A DNA stretch of 64,000 nucleotides from Candidatus Micrarchaeia archaeon (GCA_049964835.1 JBMFWW010000002.1:1-64000), one strand, 5' to 3'. Positions 51,301-60,815 are shown, counted from the first letter of the stretch. Notes: generated from the letters alone by a model not told the origin. Made by a program: numbers and translations.

Positions 51301-52229
51301 CAACGGCAACAGTTAACTTATACGGAATGATAGAAAATGCAAATAATCTGTTAGTTATGTCTTATCAAGAAAATAAACCAAGTACTCAAGATTTTTCAAG
51401 TATATATACTGCCCCTACTCCTGGCGGAATGGGTGCTAATGCAGCTTCAGCATACTTTAATTATTGGTTAAATGATACAATCGCATCTCAATACGCTATT
51501 GCTGACTCTCAAACCATTACGCAAATTGCTGCAGGAACTGGAGATGCAGGTGGTTTTGGCTGTTCAAATCCTCCAAATCCAAATGAATTTATAACAGATA
51601 CCTATTGGACAATGACTCAGAGTGCATTGGAAAGTCAAGCGTTATCAAATTCAATAGTTATGTTACCACCAGCAATATTAGCAAATAATACAAATAATGT
51701 TTATATGTTCAACATAGCAGCATCGAATGGTGGGCTGGCCGTTTATAATATAGCTACGAGCACATACTCTGAGATACCATTACCAAAGTTTTCATCAACA
51801 GCTTATGTTTATCCTAATGATCAAATTCCATCTTTGGCAGAAACAACAAATGGTACCTTTGTATTTGCCGGTTACCAACCATTTTCTGGATATTGTGCTA
51901 TTGCAGTAATAAATACACAATTAGAAAAGGTTGTAAAGGTAAATTATGGACTTCCAGTAGGTTCTTGTGAAGGGGATACTATAGTAACTCCTGATGGAAA
52001 ATACTTATATAGTGGTATCGCAGAAGGTCTTAATAGCGAATATGTATTTAGTGTTCATGATCTTATAACTTACAACTCTTCAGAAATAAATTATACCGGT
52101 TCTCTTTATAACTATTCAATAGCTAATATTGGAACTATGACTATGCCTATTACTTATGGAATATATGCTCCTCAAATGAACTACTATCAAGGCATTGCAA
52201 TATCAACAGATACGCAGCCTATACCGTGA
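48399..52229 (+). CDS. Large surface protein with class III (pilin-type) signal peptide, two InlB-B-like repeats and putative beta-propeller regions
   Basis: KKKVKEQ-SAIEYVMSYSWAVIILL; 2x GYTF..WTCSGTGCYSGTSP; S/T/N-rich with many sequons; VTPDGKYLY. Confidence 0.8.
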   Translation: MGKIIKLNHKSNKKKVKEQSAIEYVMSYSWAVIILLAVVIIYFFANSNQTTYTPTSCYISPQLPCYQLIIGSNSIETTAKLVFTNDLNKPIYFYSQPFSIKFTPSSNYYSGTCVPTTANEGSNVTCTVVASGYSILQGSEAEPTFYLSYAECVSQNCNINQRQLITLTTSGSGTSYIYNLSGNFIVPQPVFTNYFYLVTNSFPSIGGSTSPGYGVYAQGTNVIISESPSSGYTFSDWTCSGTGCYSGTSPSEKITINSNTIETASFQQIPIYTLTTNAVPSGSGSVSPTSGSYEQGSQVTILASANPGYTFNGWTCSGTGCYSGTSPSNTITITSNTVETANYKFNTGYFGYVPPFNGESNQTYLYSSPYAYYSHAPQQITLWSDLFHNLVLNNLNTPSSTSTILNLIGTVNNGYLYELALGEPADTYYPEITIINTSKNSVQKTIFIQNATVANEITTSQDTLFANVNSTGSLYILSSKSAGSLSQVSLIVANTSLLNDAMQSSNLFYNITKITSINLSNTTYDGNIVFPEEFTNYPISSFLMLGNYAYIANQSTLYILNTSKSNVVANSMIIYPKNKVETGALDSGIINMQTSGNYVYFDISNTTVSSSTNYNTVISVLNTTSLKVTNITIVNSPNNYTVGAVISNHFKKLYILLSNQTLYTIDLSSNGLGTVSRIQDFATTTPFPSTTSTLESSLGSEYNMLLSANGTELYVGTTYSNGYNGYAIYNLVTGTEVGFMGTLNAVRVVAPQNNYNIYTTASQNQAIEDYATLGGIVGVYSSAYNINKENITIPSNFIATALLFDGNILRIGGYNYSDNSLTQDEGLLTTANVMTDTMNSNVISPEAEISYFANTGYPMTPTQTIMHMPSIMDFSEPTGQFFSIPALLGGTSNLFLIQQASQVFPTNEVLDGLAAVSSNTQASDCVSSSECISSGSYLTAYSNIDAYSSYATPSGVACVAEANYGIASTATVNLYGMIENANNLLVMSYQENKPSTQDFSSIYTAPTPGGMGANAASAYFNYWLNDTIASQYAIADSQTITQIAAGTGDAGGFGCSNPPNPNEFITDTYWTMTQSALESQALSNSIVMLPPAILANNTNNVYMFNIAASNGGLAVYNIATSTYSEIPLPKFSSTAYVYPNDQIPSLAETTNGTFVFAGYQPFSGYCAIAVINTQLEKVVKVNYGLPVGSCEGDTIVTPDGKYLYSGIAEGLNSEYVFSVHDLITYNSSEINYTGSLYNYSIANIGTMTMPITYGIYAPQMNYYQGIAISTDTQPIP
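49106..49366 (+). repeat. 30-nt exact direct repeat (49106..49135 and 49337..49366) within a duplicated 77-aa domain
   Basis: TTGGACCTGTTCTGGAACTGGCTGTTATTC occurs twice, 231 nt apart. Confidence 0.85.
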
Positions 52230-52933
52230 TTTTTATGGACGATACAAATTATAATAATAACAATAGCAACATCAATAATGGAGTTATGTCAAATACAATA
52301 AAACCTGAACGCAGATTTAAATATACAAATTTGGCTTTAATGTTAATAGTTATCTTAGCACTTATAGCATATATAATAATAACAAATATACTAAACAATC
52401 AAAGTATTCCGACAAATATGCAATTAAGTAGTTCTTATACAGCAAATGCAAATCAAATAAGTTACATAACAAAATCTCAACTATTAAGTATTTTTGGAAA
52501 TGAAACATATAACGCAATGGTTCTTAATAAAAATACTGCATTTCACTATATTTATATACTACAAACACAGTTTCATATCGATATACCTTTTAATGGGTTT
52601 GTAAATGGCACATCAACAAACTATTTCGGTAAGATTACCTTTAATGAATTACAGTTCATATTTAATAAAACACAGAATACTACTTATTCTAATATACTTT
52701 CACAAATAAAATCAACATATACAACTTCAATAATAAACACTTCAATTTATAATAGAATAACTTATACGACAATATATCCAAAAACTATACTTTCAACAAA
52801 TGAGTTTATAATTTTGGAATACTATAAAAATACAATATTATTCTCTTATACTATCTCTAATTATTCAACAACTCAGTTTAATGCATTACTGCCAAAACTT
52901 CTTTCATATTCTAGCAAACAGATATTTGATTAA
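52226..52933 (+). CDS. Hypothetical single-pass membrane protein
   Basis: N-terminal TM and N/T-rich external domain; overlaps the end of the surface protein gene. Confidence 0.7.
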   Translation: MIFMDDTNYNNNNSNINNGVMSNTIKPERRFKYTNLALMLIVILALIAYIIITNILNNQSIPTNMQLSSSYTANANQISYITKSQLLSIFGNETYNAMVLNKNTAFHYIYILQTQFHIDIPFNGFVNGTSTNYFGKITFNELQFIFNKTQNTTYSNILSQIKSTYTTSIINTSIYNRITYTTIYPKTILSTNEFIILEYYKNTILFSYTISNYSTTQFNALLPKLLSYSSKQIFD

Positions 52934-52971
52934 TTAAATAATTCAAATCAGAGTAGGCTAAGTTAGATAAG

Positions 52972-53736
52972 TCAGGCCTTTAGCATTTTGCTTTCTATTA
53001 TTCTTCTTAATTTTTCACCTAATGTTTCTTCTATGCCATCAAGTTTTATTACTTTTATGTCCTTATTAGAAAGCATGACATCAAACGAGCTTCCCTTTTT
53101 TGTTTTATCTACATATATATTATCATAAACAAGATTTGCATCGTATTTTGTAATTCTGACTCTTATCTTTTTTTCAGATCCTACAACGAGGGAGTTTCTA
53201 TACGGTCCGTCCGGATTGATAAAAGTTATACACATCAAATCTTTTTGTAAAAGCAATGGACCTCCAGCACTTCTGTTATAAGCAGTAGATCCTATCTTGC
53301 CAGAAATAATTACTCCATCACCACTTATAACAAATGGAAAGAGTGTTTTTTCTTTATTATTTTTTACTTCACAAATTGTAAATTGTACTTCTCCTATCTT
53401 TGTAGATAAATAACACTCATTAACCGCATAATACTTTTTATTCTTATGAATTATCTCAAGCTTCTTACCAAGACTATCCACTGTATACTTATTATCTTTA
53501 ATCATCTTTATTACAAGGTCTAGTTTATCTATTCCAATATCAGAGTAATAACCCGTGCTGCTACTTGAATTATCTCTTATAAGTATAATTGGGCAGGAAT
53601 ACTTCTGCACAGCTTTTATGAAGGTTCCATCACCTCCTATTGCAATGCAAATTTTACCATTTTTAACTACATCAAATGCCTTCTTTATTTTATTAAGTTC
53701 TGGATAATTTTTTTTTGCTACAAGTGAAATTTTCAT
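52972..53736 (-). CDS. nadK: NAD kinase
   Basis: IGGDGT, NE, GDG, GSTAYNRSAGGP. Confidence 0.9.
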   Translation of the reverse strand: MKISLVAKKNYPELNKIKKAFDVVKNGKICIAIGGDGTFIKAVQKYSCPIILIRDNSSSSTGYYSDIGIDKLDLVIKMIKDNKYTVDSLGKKLEIIHKNKKYYAVNECYLSTKIGEVQFTICEVKNNKEKTLFPFVISGDGVIISGKIGSTAYNRSAGGPLLLQKDLMCITFINPDGPYRNSLVVGSEKKIRVRITKYDANLVYDNIYVDKTKKGSSFDVMLSNKDIKVIKLDGIEETLGEKLRRIIESKMLKA

Positions 53737-53745
53737 TATATCAAC

Positions 53746-55107
53746 TTACTTTCCATAGAAAAAGTGTATTGCTCTTCCTAATGAAGCTTCTGCGACCTCT
53801 TGTATTTGTTCAGAGTATGTAGGGTGTGGGTGTATAGTATCCGCAATATCCTCTAATGTCGCGCCCATCTCTATTGCTAATGCAGCTTCAGCTATCATAG
53901 AGTTTGCATCATCAGATACTATTTCAATACCTTTTACAATTAGATTTTTATCAAATGCCATTTTTACAAATCCATCTGTTCTATCTAATGCAATTGCTCT
54001 TCCTAGTGCACTCAATGGAAATTTTTTAATTGTAATTCCATTCTTAATAGAAATATCTCCAGCCACAGCAACTTCCGGATCAGAGAAGACAACCGCAGGT
54101 ATAATTATATTATCAAAACCTGAATTTTTACCGGCAGCTACCTCACCGGCAACAACGCCTTGCCTCATGGATTTATGTGCTAGCATTGGCTCTCCTACAA
54201 CATCCCCTATTGCCAATATTTTTTCATCATCTGTCATCAAAGAATTATTTACTTTTATAAATCCTTTTTCATTTAATACAACTTTAGTATTCTCTAAACC
54301 AAGTCCATCAGTATAAGGTTTTAATCCAACTGCAACAACTACAATATTATGTGATATTTCTTCTCCAGAACTTAATTTTATTGAATTTGGTGTATGTGAT
54401 ATCGGAGTTGCATTTTTGTATATCTTAACATTTAATTTTATCAAACCTTTTTCAATTATGGCTACTGCTTCAGGATCAAAGTGCGAAAGAAGTGTAGACC
54501 TAGCAATTATAGAAACACTTACTCCAAGCTTTGCGTATAGAGTTGCAAGTTCTACTGCAACATAGCCGGCTCCTATTATTGTCATTTTTTCCGGATATTT
54601 GTCTAGCATAAGCGCTTTCTTGTAATCTATTATATACTCATTGTATTCAAAGCCTAAAAGAACTGTCGGTACAGAACCTGTTGCTATTATTGCGGTATCA
54701 AAATCAAGCTCCGTGCCATTTGTAAGTTGAAGCTTCTTCGAGTTCAAGAATGTAGCTGAACCTTTTATAATCTCTATTCCATTTGATTTGCATAAAAACT
54801 CAACCCCTTTTTCAAGCTTTTCTGAAACTCCAATTCTCCACTCAAAAGCTTTGGAGCTGTTTATTTTTGGTTCAGCTTCAATTCCAAACCTTTGCGAATT
54901 TTTAGCTTTGTAGTAAACATCAGCAATGTGCAACATTGTCTTTGAAGGTATACATGCATAGTTAAGGCAATGTCCCCCCATCTTTTCTTTTTCAATTACA
55001 GTTACAGAAAGCCCTAATTCTGCAGCTCTTATAGCGGCAACATATCCCCCAACACCCCCTCCTACTATTGCAAGATTTACGTCTTCAGGTATAGATCCCA
55101 TAACCAT
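53746..55107 (-). CDS. lpdA: Dihydrolipoamide dehydrogenase (E3)
   Basis: GGHCLNYACIPSK, LAHK, HPHPTYSE. Confidence 0.96.
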   Translation of the reverse strand: MVMGSIPEDVNLAIVGGGVGGYVAAIRAAELGLSVTVIEKEKMGGHCLNYACIPSKTMLHIADVYYKAKNSQRFGIEAEPKINSSKAFEWRIGVSEKLEKGVEFLCKSNGIEIIKGSATFLNSKKLQLTNGTELDFDTAIIATGSVPTVLLGFEYNEYIIDYKKALMLDKYPEKMTIIGAGYVAVELATLYAKLGVSVSIIARSTLLSHFDPEAVAIIEKGLIKLNVKIYKNATPISHTPNSIKLSSGEEISHNIVVVAVGLKPYTDGLGLENTKVVLNEKGFIKVNNSLMTDDEKILAIGDVVGEPMLAHKSMRQGVVAGEVAAGKNSGFDNIIIPAVVFSDPEVAVAGDISIKNGITIKKFPLSALGRAIALDRTDGFVKMAFDKNLIVKGIEIVSDDANSMIAEAALAIEMGATLEDIADTIHPHPTYSEQIQEVAEASLGRAIHFFYGK

Positions 55108-55111
55108 AAAT

Positions 55112-56440
55112 TCAACCTATAAGCTCGAGGAAATCCGGATCCTCAAGATATTTTTTAAGCGCATTGCCAAAATGAACCGCATCAGCGCCGTCTACTACTC
55201 TATGGTCAAAGGTTATAGAAAATGGCATAATCTTTCGTATTACTATTTCATCATTTACAACTACTGGTGTGTCTCTTATAAGATGTATCCCAAGTATTGC
55301 AACTTCTGGGTAATTTATCATAGGAACCGAGAGATATCCCCCACCTAAACTACCAATATTAGTTATTGTAAAGGTTGAGTCTGACATATCGCTTAGTTGA
55401 ACCTCTTGTTTTTTTACCTTTTCAGCAAGCTCTTGTATCTCCTTTGCTATGTTTGCAATACTCTTTTTATCAGCATCTTTTATTACAACTACCTTTAATC
55501 CATCGGGACCTTCTGCGGCAAGTCCAATATTAAAGTATTTTTTTACAATTATCTCTAACTGTTCATGATCATAACTTGAATTAAAACGAGGACTTTCCTT
55601 TAATGCTTCTACTGTTGCCTTTATTATAAATGGAAGGAATGTCAACTTAACTCCAAGCTCATTCATATTTTCTTTTTCTTTTTTTACAAGGTCAAATAAT
55701 GTTGTTGCATCTATCAAATCCATATGTGATGCTCTTGGTATACTCCATGAAAGTTCCATATTTCTTGCTATTGCCTTTCTAGTTTGTGTAAGTGGAATAC
55801 GTTCTATATCATTAGCATGCGATCTTTCTAATGTTTCAGAGAACTTAGGTGAAGAAACCTTCTTGTTAGTTTTAGCAGACGCATTTCTTACATCATTTTC
55901 AATAACTTTTCCATTAGGCCCTGTTCCTACCACTGTATTTATATCAATATTTAACTCTCTTGCAAGCTTTCTTACATAGGGTGTTGCAATCACATCTTTT
56001 TTTACTGTGTTTGTATCTGTACTTTTATTTTTATTAAAATCACTTTTTTGCACTTCTATATCTTTTTGTTCGTTCATATTGAACTGTTCATGTATAGATA
56101 TATTCTTTATTTGTGGTATACCAGAAAAGGTAGGTTGTTGAACACTTTGTTTTTGGATATTATCCTTGACATTGCTTTGTGCTGTATTTACTACATTGTT
56201 AGTGTCTTTATCATCTCCAACGTAAGCTATAATGTCTCCAATCTTTAATGTGTCATTCTCCTGTGCAACTATTTTTAAAGCCCCGGATATAGGCGCAGGT
56301 ATATTGACAACAGCTTTGTCTGTTTCTATTTGCACTATAGTGTCATCTTCTTTTACAGTATCTCCATTCTTGAATAACCATTTCTTGACAACGCCCTCAG
56401 TTATACCTTCCCCGACATCAACAAACTTTAATTCTTTCAA
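55112..56440 (-). CDS. pdhC: 2-oxoacid dehydrogenase E2 (dihydrolipoamide acyltransferase)
   Basis: ETDKA lipoyl Lys, ATPYVRKLARE, DHRVVDG. Confidence 0.94.
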   Translation of the reverse strand: MKELKFVDVGEGITEGVVKKWLFKNGDTVKEDDTIVQIETDKAVVNIPAPISGALKIVAQENDTLKIGDIIAYVGDDKDTNNVVNTAQSNVKDNIQKQSVQQPTFSGIPQIKNISIHEQFNMNEQKDIEVQKSDFNKNKSTDTNTVKKDVIATPYVRKLARELNIDINTVVGTGPNGKVIENDVRNASAKTNKKVSSPKFSETLERSHANDIERIPLTQTRKAIARNMELSWSIPRASHMDLIDATTLFDLVKKEKENMNELGVKLTFLPFIIKATVEALKESPRFNSSYDHEQLEIIVKKYFNIGLAAEGPDGLKVVVIKDADKKSIANIAKEIQELAEKVKKQEVQLSDMSDSTFTITNIGSLGGGYLSVPMINYPEVAILGIHLIRDTPVVVNDEIVIRKIMPFSITFDHRVVDGADAVHFGNALKKYLEDPDFLELIG

Positions 56441-56444
56441 ATAA

Positions 56445-57410
56445 TCAACCTTTCATAAGCTTATCCAACGCGTACATAACTTTCTTTTCATTTGGAACAT
56501 AGTAGTTTTCATATCCTGGATATGGATAAGGGAAGCTGTTTCCACCTACTCTAACTATCGGTGCATTTAATTTATATAATGCCTTTTCTGCTACTCTTGC
56601 AGCTATTTCTGCTCCGACTCCGAAGCTTAATGAAGCTTCATGAACAATAGCTAGTCTCCCTGTTTTATTTACGCTATCTAATATTGTTTTTTCATCAAGC
56701 GGATTTATTGTTCTTAAATCTATTATTTCGGCATCTAAATTCATTTTAGCTACGGCGTCTTTTACTACAGGAACCATAGTTCCATATGTTACTACTGTTG
56801 CATTATTTCCTTCTTTTATTATACTAGCCTTTCCTATCGGAACCTCATAAGCTTCTGTCGGAACTTCCTGTTTAAACAATCTGTAAAGTTTTGTAGGCTC
56901 TAAAAATATCACCGGATCATTCATTCTAGAAGCCTTTATCAAAAGGCCTTTTGCATCATAAGGATTAGAAGGTTCGACTACCATCAAACCACCGATATGT
57001 GAGTAGTAAGCTTCTGGACTATCTGAGTGATGTTCAAGTGTTCTTACACCTCCGCTTACAGGTGTTCTAACTACCATCGGTACAGTTAGATTTGATCTAG
57101 TTCTTGTTCTATATCTAGAAGCATGATTTATTAACTGACTAAATCCTAAATACATAAAGCCTGCAAACTGTATTTCTGGAATTGGCCTAAGTCCAGAGAT
57201 TGCCATTCCTATTGCAGTACCTATAATTCCTGATTCTGCAAGAGGGGTATCTATAACTCTATTTTCTCCGTATTTTTTTAAAAGTCCATCCGTAACTCTA
57301 AAAACTCCGCCGTCTTTTCCAATATCCTCTCCAAGCAACAATGTTTTGTCATTTTCATTAAGTATTATGTCCAAAGCGCTATTAAGAGCAGAAACCATAT
57401 TCATCTGCAT
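56445..57410 (-). CDS. pdhB: 2-oxoacid dehydrogenase E1 beta
   Basis: GEDIG..GGVFRVT, DTPLAESG, EHHS, DLRTI; ATG at 57410 follows AGGTGA. Confidence 0.94.
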   Translation of the reverse strand: MQMNMVSALNSALDIILNENDKTLLLGEDIGKDGGVFRVTDGLLKKYGENRVIDTPLAESGIIGTAIGMAISGLRPIPEIQFAGFMYLGFSQLINHASRYRTRTRSNLTVPMVVRTPVSGGVRTLEHHSDSPEAYYSHIGGLMVVEPSNPYDAKGLLIKASRMNDPVIFLEPTKLYRLFKQEVPTEAYEVPIGKASIIKEGNNATVVTYGTMVPVVKDAVAKMNLDAEIIDLRTINPLDEKTILDSVNKTGRLAIVHEASLSFGVGAEIAARVAEKALYKLNAPIVRVGGNSFPYPYPGYENYYVPNEKKVMYALDKLMKG

Positions 57411-57418
57411 AAACTCAC

Positions 57419-58486
57419 CTACTGCCAAAAGTTATTCGCCTCTGCCTCGTCAAACTCTTCCCTAAGCGTTTGCGGTATAAAACTATACACTGTATTGAAC
57501 ATGCTTCTAGGGTCAGCTTTAAACTTTTCTGCCTTTTCTACAGCTTCATCTATTAACTTCAATGCAGCGTCCTTTTCCTCTTTGTCCTTTTGTTCATTTA
57601 ACAAATTATTTTTAATAAGATACTTCTTCACACGTTCTATCGGGTCTTTTTTTGCCCAGATTGAAACATCTTCATCACTTCTATACTTTGTAGGATCATC
57701 TGCAGTTGTATGCAAACTCATTCTATACGTTATACACTCAATTACTGTAGGGCCTTTCTTTGAATTAAGTATCGCATCCTTTGTTGCCTTGTAAACTGCC
57801 AGAACATCATTTCCGTCTACCTGAACTGCATCTATTCCTGCAGCAACCGCTTTTTGTGCAAGTGTTTTTGTATTTGTCTGTTCTGACCTTGGCAAAGATA
57901 TTGCCCATTGATTATTTTCTATAATTGTTATTAGTGGAACCTTCCATACTCCTGCAAAGTTAATTGCCTCATAAAAATCTCCTTCTGATGTTCCTCCATC
58001 TCCAATATATGCAATAACAGCAGAGTCTTTGTTTTGATATCTTTGTGAGAACGCAATTCCTGTTGCATGGGGCATTTGTGTTGCCACTGGCACTATTATA
58101 GGGAACGCATTAGACTCTTTTGGAAAAACATTTCCTTCTTCATAACCTCTCCAATATATAAACATAATCTCTGGCGGGACTCCTCTTTCAAGAAAAACTC
58201 CATGCTGTCTAAATGCAGGTACAAAAATATCTTGTTTTCTCATAGCGGCTGCACTTCCTATTTGCGTAGCCTCTTCTCCAAGTAGTGGTGCGTAAGTTAC
58301 TGCACGACCTTGCCTTTGTAAACTCAAAACTTTAGTATCAAGAGTTCTTGCAAGTATCATACCTTTATACATTTCTAAAATTTGTGAATTTGTTAAATCT
58401 ACAGGCATAAGTTTTGGATCTACATTTCCTTCTTCGTCTATAATTTGATAATAATCTATGCTGCCTTCGTAAGCCTTTCCTAACAA
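57419..58486 (-). CDS. pdhA: 2-oxoacid dehydrogenase E1 alpha
   Basis: LQRQGR, GDGGTSEG...NN TPP motif, HTTADDPTKYR. Confidence 0.94.
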   Translation of the reverse strand: MLGKAYEGSIDYYQIIDEEGNVDPKLMPVDLTNSQILEMYKGMILARTLDTKVLSLQRQGRAVTYAPLLGEEATQIGSAAAMRKQDIFVPAFRQHGVFLERGVPPEIMFIYWRGYEEGNVFPKESNAFPIIVPVATQMPHATGIAFSQRYQNKDSAVIAYIGDGGTSEGDFYEAINFAGVWKVPLITIIENNQWAISLPRSEQTNTKTLAQKAVAAGIDAVQVDGNDVLAVYKATKDAILNSKKGPTVIECITYRMSLHTTADDPTKYRSDEDVSIWAKKDPIERVKKYLIKNNLLNEQKDKEEKDAALKLIDEAVEKAEKFKADPRSMFNTVYSFIPQTLREEFDEAEANNFWQ

Positions 58487-58814
58487 AAAAACACCGATTT
58501 ATATAAAACAACAATAATATTTAAACACTTCTAAAAGAAATCATTATTATTATAAATAATATACGATAAGACGAAGAAATCTCCAAAAGTAAAATAACGC
58601 TTTAAGACGAACCTATAAAAACCATTTAAATATCACATTTATCAGATATTTTATGATTTTATGCCAAATCAAAAACAAAGAAAAACAAATAGAGACATTC
58701 AAAACAAAGCATTAGATTTAGATCTAATAAGTAGCTTAAGAAGAAAATCAGATAAAAGAGCAGAAACAAAACCAGGCGTTTTTAATTTAAAACACGGAAA
58801 TAGTATCCTTGAGC

Positions 58815-59783
58815 TCAGTTAGTTTTTTCTCCTATTAATGCAAGTTTAGCGAGCATTGACTCAAGCTGTATTCTGTCGTTAGCACCTTCTACTATTCTGT
58901 AATTGCAGTCACCTATCTGTGATATTAGTCTTAATTTTTTCTTATCCTCTATTTCCATAGATACTGCTTCTCTATAGCATTGTACTAGAATATCTTCGCC
59001 GCTCATTCCATGAACTAAAGTAAGTGTATTTAGTTCTGTTCTTGCCTTTTCAAAATCACCGGAGAGAGCAAACCTTAACATCGCTATTACCTCTTTAGGT
59101 CTTGCTCTTGCTGCTATTTCATATATTGAAGACTCAGTTACTTTTTTATCTGTTACAGTTGCGCTCTGCATTATATTAGTTAATCTTCTCAAATCTCCCT
59201 CGCTAACATAGAGCAGTGCATCTATTGCTTTTTTATCTAGCTCTAAGTTTTCTGATGCAGCTATTCTTTCTATATAAGAGCGCATCTCATCCTCTTTCAA
59301 AGGCTTAAATCTCAATACAACACACCTACTTTGTATAGGATCTATTATTTTGCTAGAGTAATTTGCTCCAAGAATAAATCTCGTTGCTGCAGAGTACTTT
59401 TCCATAGTTCTTCTAAGCGCGTGCTGTGCTTCTGGAGTTAGTGCATCAGCTTCATCCAAAAAAACTATTTTGACTAAGCCACTAGATAATGGAATCGTTC
59501 TTGCAAATTCTTTGACCTTTCCTCTAACTACCTCTATTCCCCTAGAGTCGCTTGCATTTAGTTCAAGAAATGCCTCATTTATGCTTTCTCCATACAGTTC
59601 CTTTGCCATTGCTATTGCCGATGTTGTTTTTCCGACTCCGGCAGGACCTGCAAAAATCATACTCGGAAAGCTTTTTACTTTTACAAATGCTTTTAACTTT
59701 TCTACTATTGCGTCTTGGCCTATAATCTCCGATAACTTAGACGGTCTGTACTTTTCTGTCCATGAAAGATCTATTCCGCTCAA
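58815..59783 (-). CDS. rfcS: Replication factor C small subunit
   Basis: WTEKYRP, GPAGVGKT, ELNASD.RG, LDEAD, IQSRC. Confidence 0.97.
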   Translation of the reverse strand: MSGIDLSWTEKYRPSKLSEIIGQDAIVEKLKAFVKVKSFPSMIFAGPAGVGKTTSAIAMAKELYGESINEAFLELNASDSRGIEVVRGKVKEFARTIPLSSGLVKIVFLDEADALTPEAQHALRRTMEKYSAATRFILGANYSSKIIDPIQSRCVVLRFKPLKEDEMRSYIERIAASENLELDKKAIDALLYVSEGDLRRLTNIMQSATVTDKKVTESSIYEIAARARPKEVIAMLRFALSGDFEKARTELNTLTLVHGMSGEDILVQCYREAVSMEIEDKKKLRLISQIGDCNYRIVEGANDRIQLESMLAKLALIGEKTN

Positions 59784-59838
59784 GAAATCATTTATTAAAT
59801 ATTTAACTCAAAAATTACTTATACTTAATGATTAAAAA

Positions 59839-59930
59839 TAGCCCCAGCCAGATTCGAACTGGCGTTTGCAGGTCCAGAGCCTGCCGTCCTTTTATGTCTT
59901 AATTTTAAGAGACCACTAGACGATGGGGCT
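59839..59930 (-). tRNA. tRNA-Gln(CTG) with ~21-nt D-loop intron (59891..59911)
   Basis: Acceptor AGCCCCA/TGGGGCT, GCAGG-CT CTG GA-CCTGC, GTTCGAATC; intron hairpin TCTTAA-AA-TTAAGA with relaxed BHB. Confidence 0.9.
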
Positions 59931-60075
59931 ATTATACTTTAAATATTTATACTGTTGTTTATTAATTCTTTTCGTGGGTTATTTGTGAAACATCGACAAT
60001 TTCTTCGTTAATCTATATTATGAATAATTATCAAAAATTACAGAAAATATAAATATCTTTTCTTACATATAATAC

Positions 60076-60191
60076 TGCCAAACGGTCATAGTAGCAGGGA
60101 AACGCCCGAACCCATTCCGAACTCGGAAGCTAAGCTTGCTAACGATATGAAATACTGCTGTAATAGTGGGAAAGCATATTGCTGTTTGGCA
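60076..60191 (+). rRNA. rrf: 5S rRNA (stand-alone)
   Basis: CCCGAACCCATTCCGAACTCGGAAGCTAAG core; paired ends TGCCAAAC/GTTTGGCA; followed by a T-run. Confidence 0.93.
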
Positions 60192-60232
60192 CTTTTTAAA
60201 AATTATTAAGCGAGGTGTGAGGTCAAGGTATA

Positions 60233-60612
60233 CTATGGGCTTTAGCTCGTAGACAGGAATTGATTCCACCATTCAAAAAATACAAACATTTTTCTATTTC
60301 TACTAAAAAGATTCTTTGACGACGAGTTGTCGCAAAATTCTTCGCGTCCGGATTTTTCACCACCGAAGCGATAATATGCATAGTGTAAACTCTGCAAAAA
60401 ATATAAAACCTGCGGCCACAGAGAATGGTCATCCATATAACTGGCAACATTTTGTTTTTGTTACAAAATATAGATACAAAATGTTCAAAAACGAAAAAAA
60501 CAGTTGCAATAATTAAAAAAGCAATAATAGACGCAGCTTCAAGAAATAATATCACTATAAAAGAATTTTCTTTTGGCGATGATTATTCACATATGCGCCT
60601 TGAATTAAATTT
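60233..60612 (+). mobile_element. tnpA: IS200/IS605-family remnant: subterminal hairpin plus frameshifted, truncated tnpA (from ATG 60376)
   Basis: Hairpin CTATGGGC-TTTA-GCTCGTAG; HFVFVTKYR motif, frameshift in an A7 run, degenerate HuH (YSHMR), no catalytic Tyr region. Confidence 0.82.
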
Positions 60613-60815
60613 TATAGAGAATCCTTGTAAAATATTTGTTCTAAAATATCTCTATGCAAGGTTAATCTCGAGTAAAATTAAGTTATTGCCATCTATTAAT
60701 TTAGATAATATTATTTCAAAAACATTTTTATGTAAAAATCTGAAGTATAAAAAACATATTAGAAAGATTTTTATATAACAAATATGATATCTATTAACTA
60801 ATAATAAGTGCTTAT

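Noticed and set aside
58661..58822. 53-aa basic plus-strand ORF between pdhA and rfcS
   Set aside because: No recognisable motif; may be real but cannot be supported from sequence alone
250..59835. Numerous antisense or alternate-frame ORFs in the track (e.g. 3422..3859, 7974..8654, 20348..20809, 30123..30671)
   Set aside because: They are shadows of well-supported genes on the opposite strand or frame and have no motifs
60063..60272. 69-aa minus-strand ORF
   Set aside because: Antisense to the 5S rRNA
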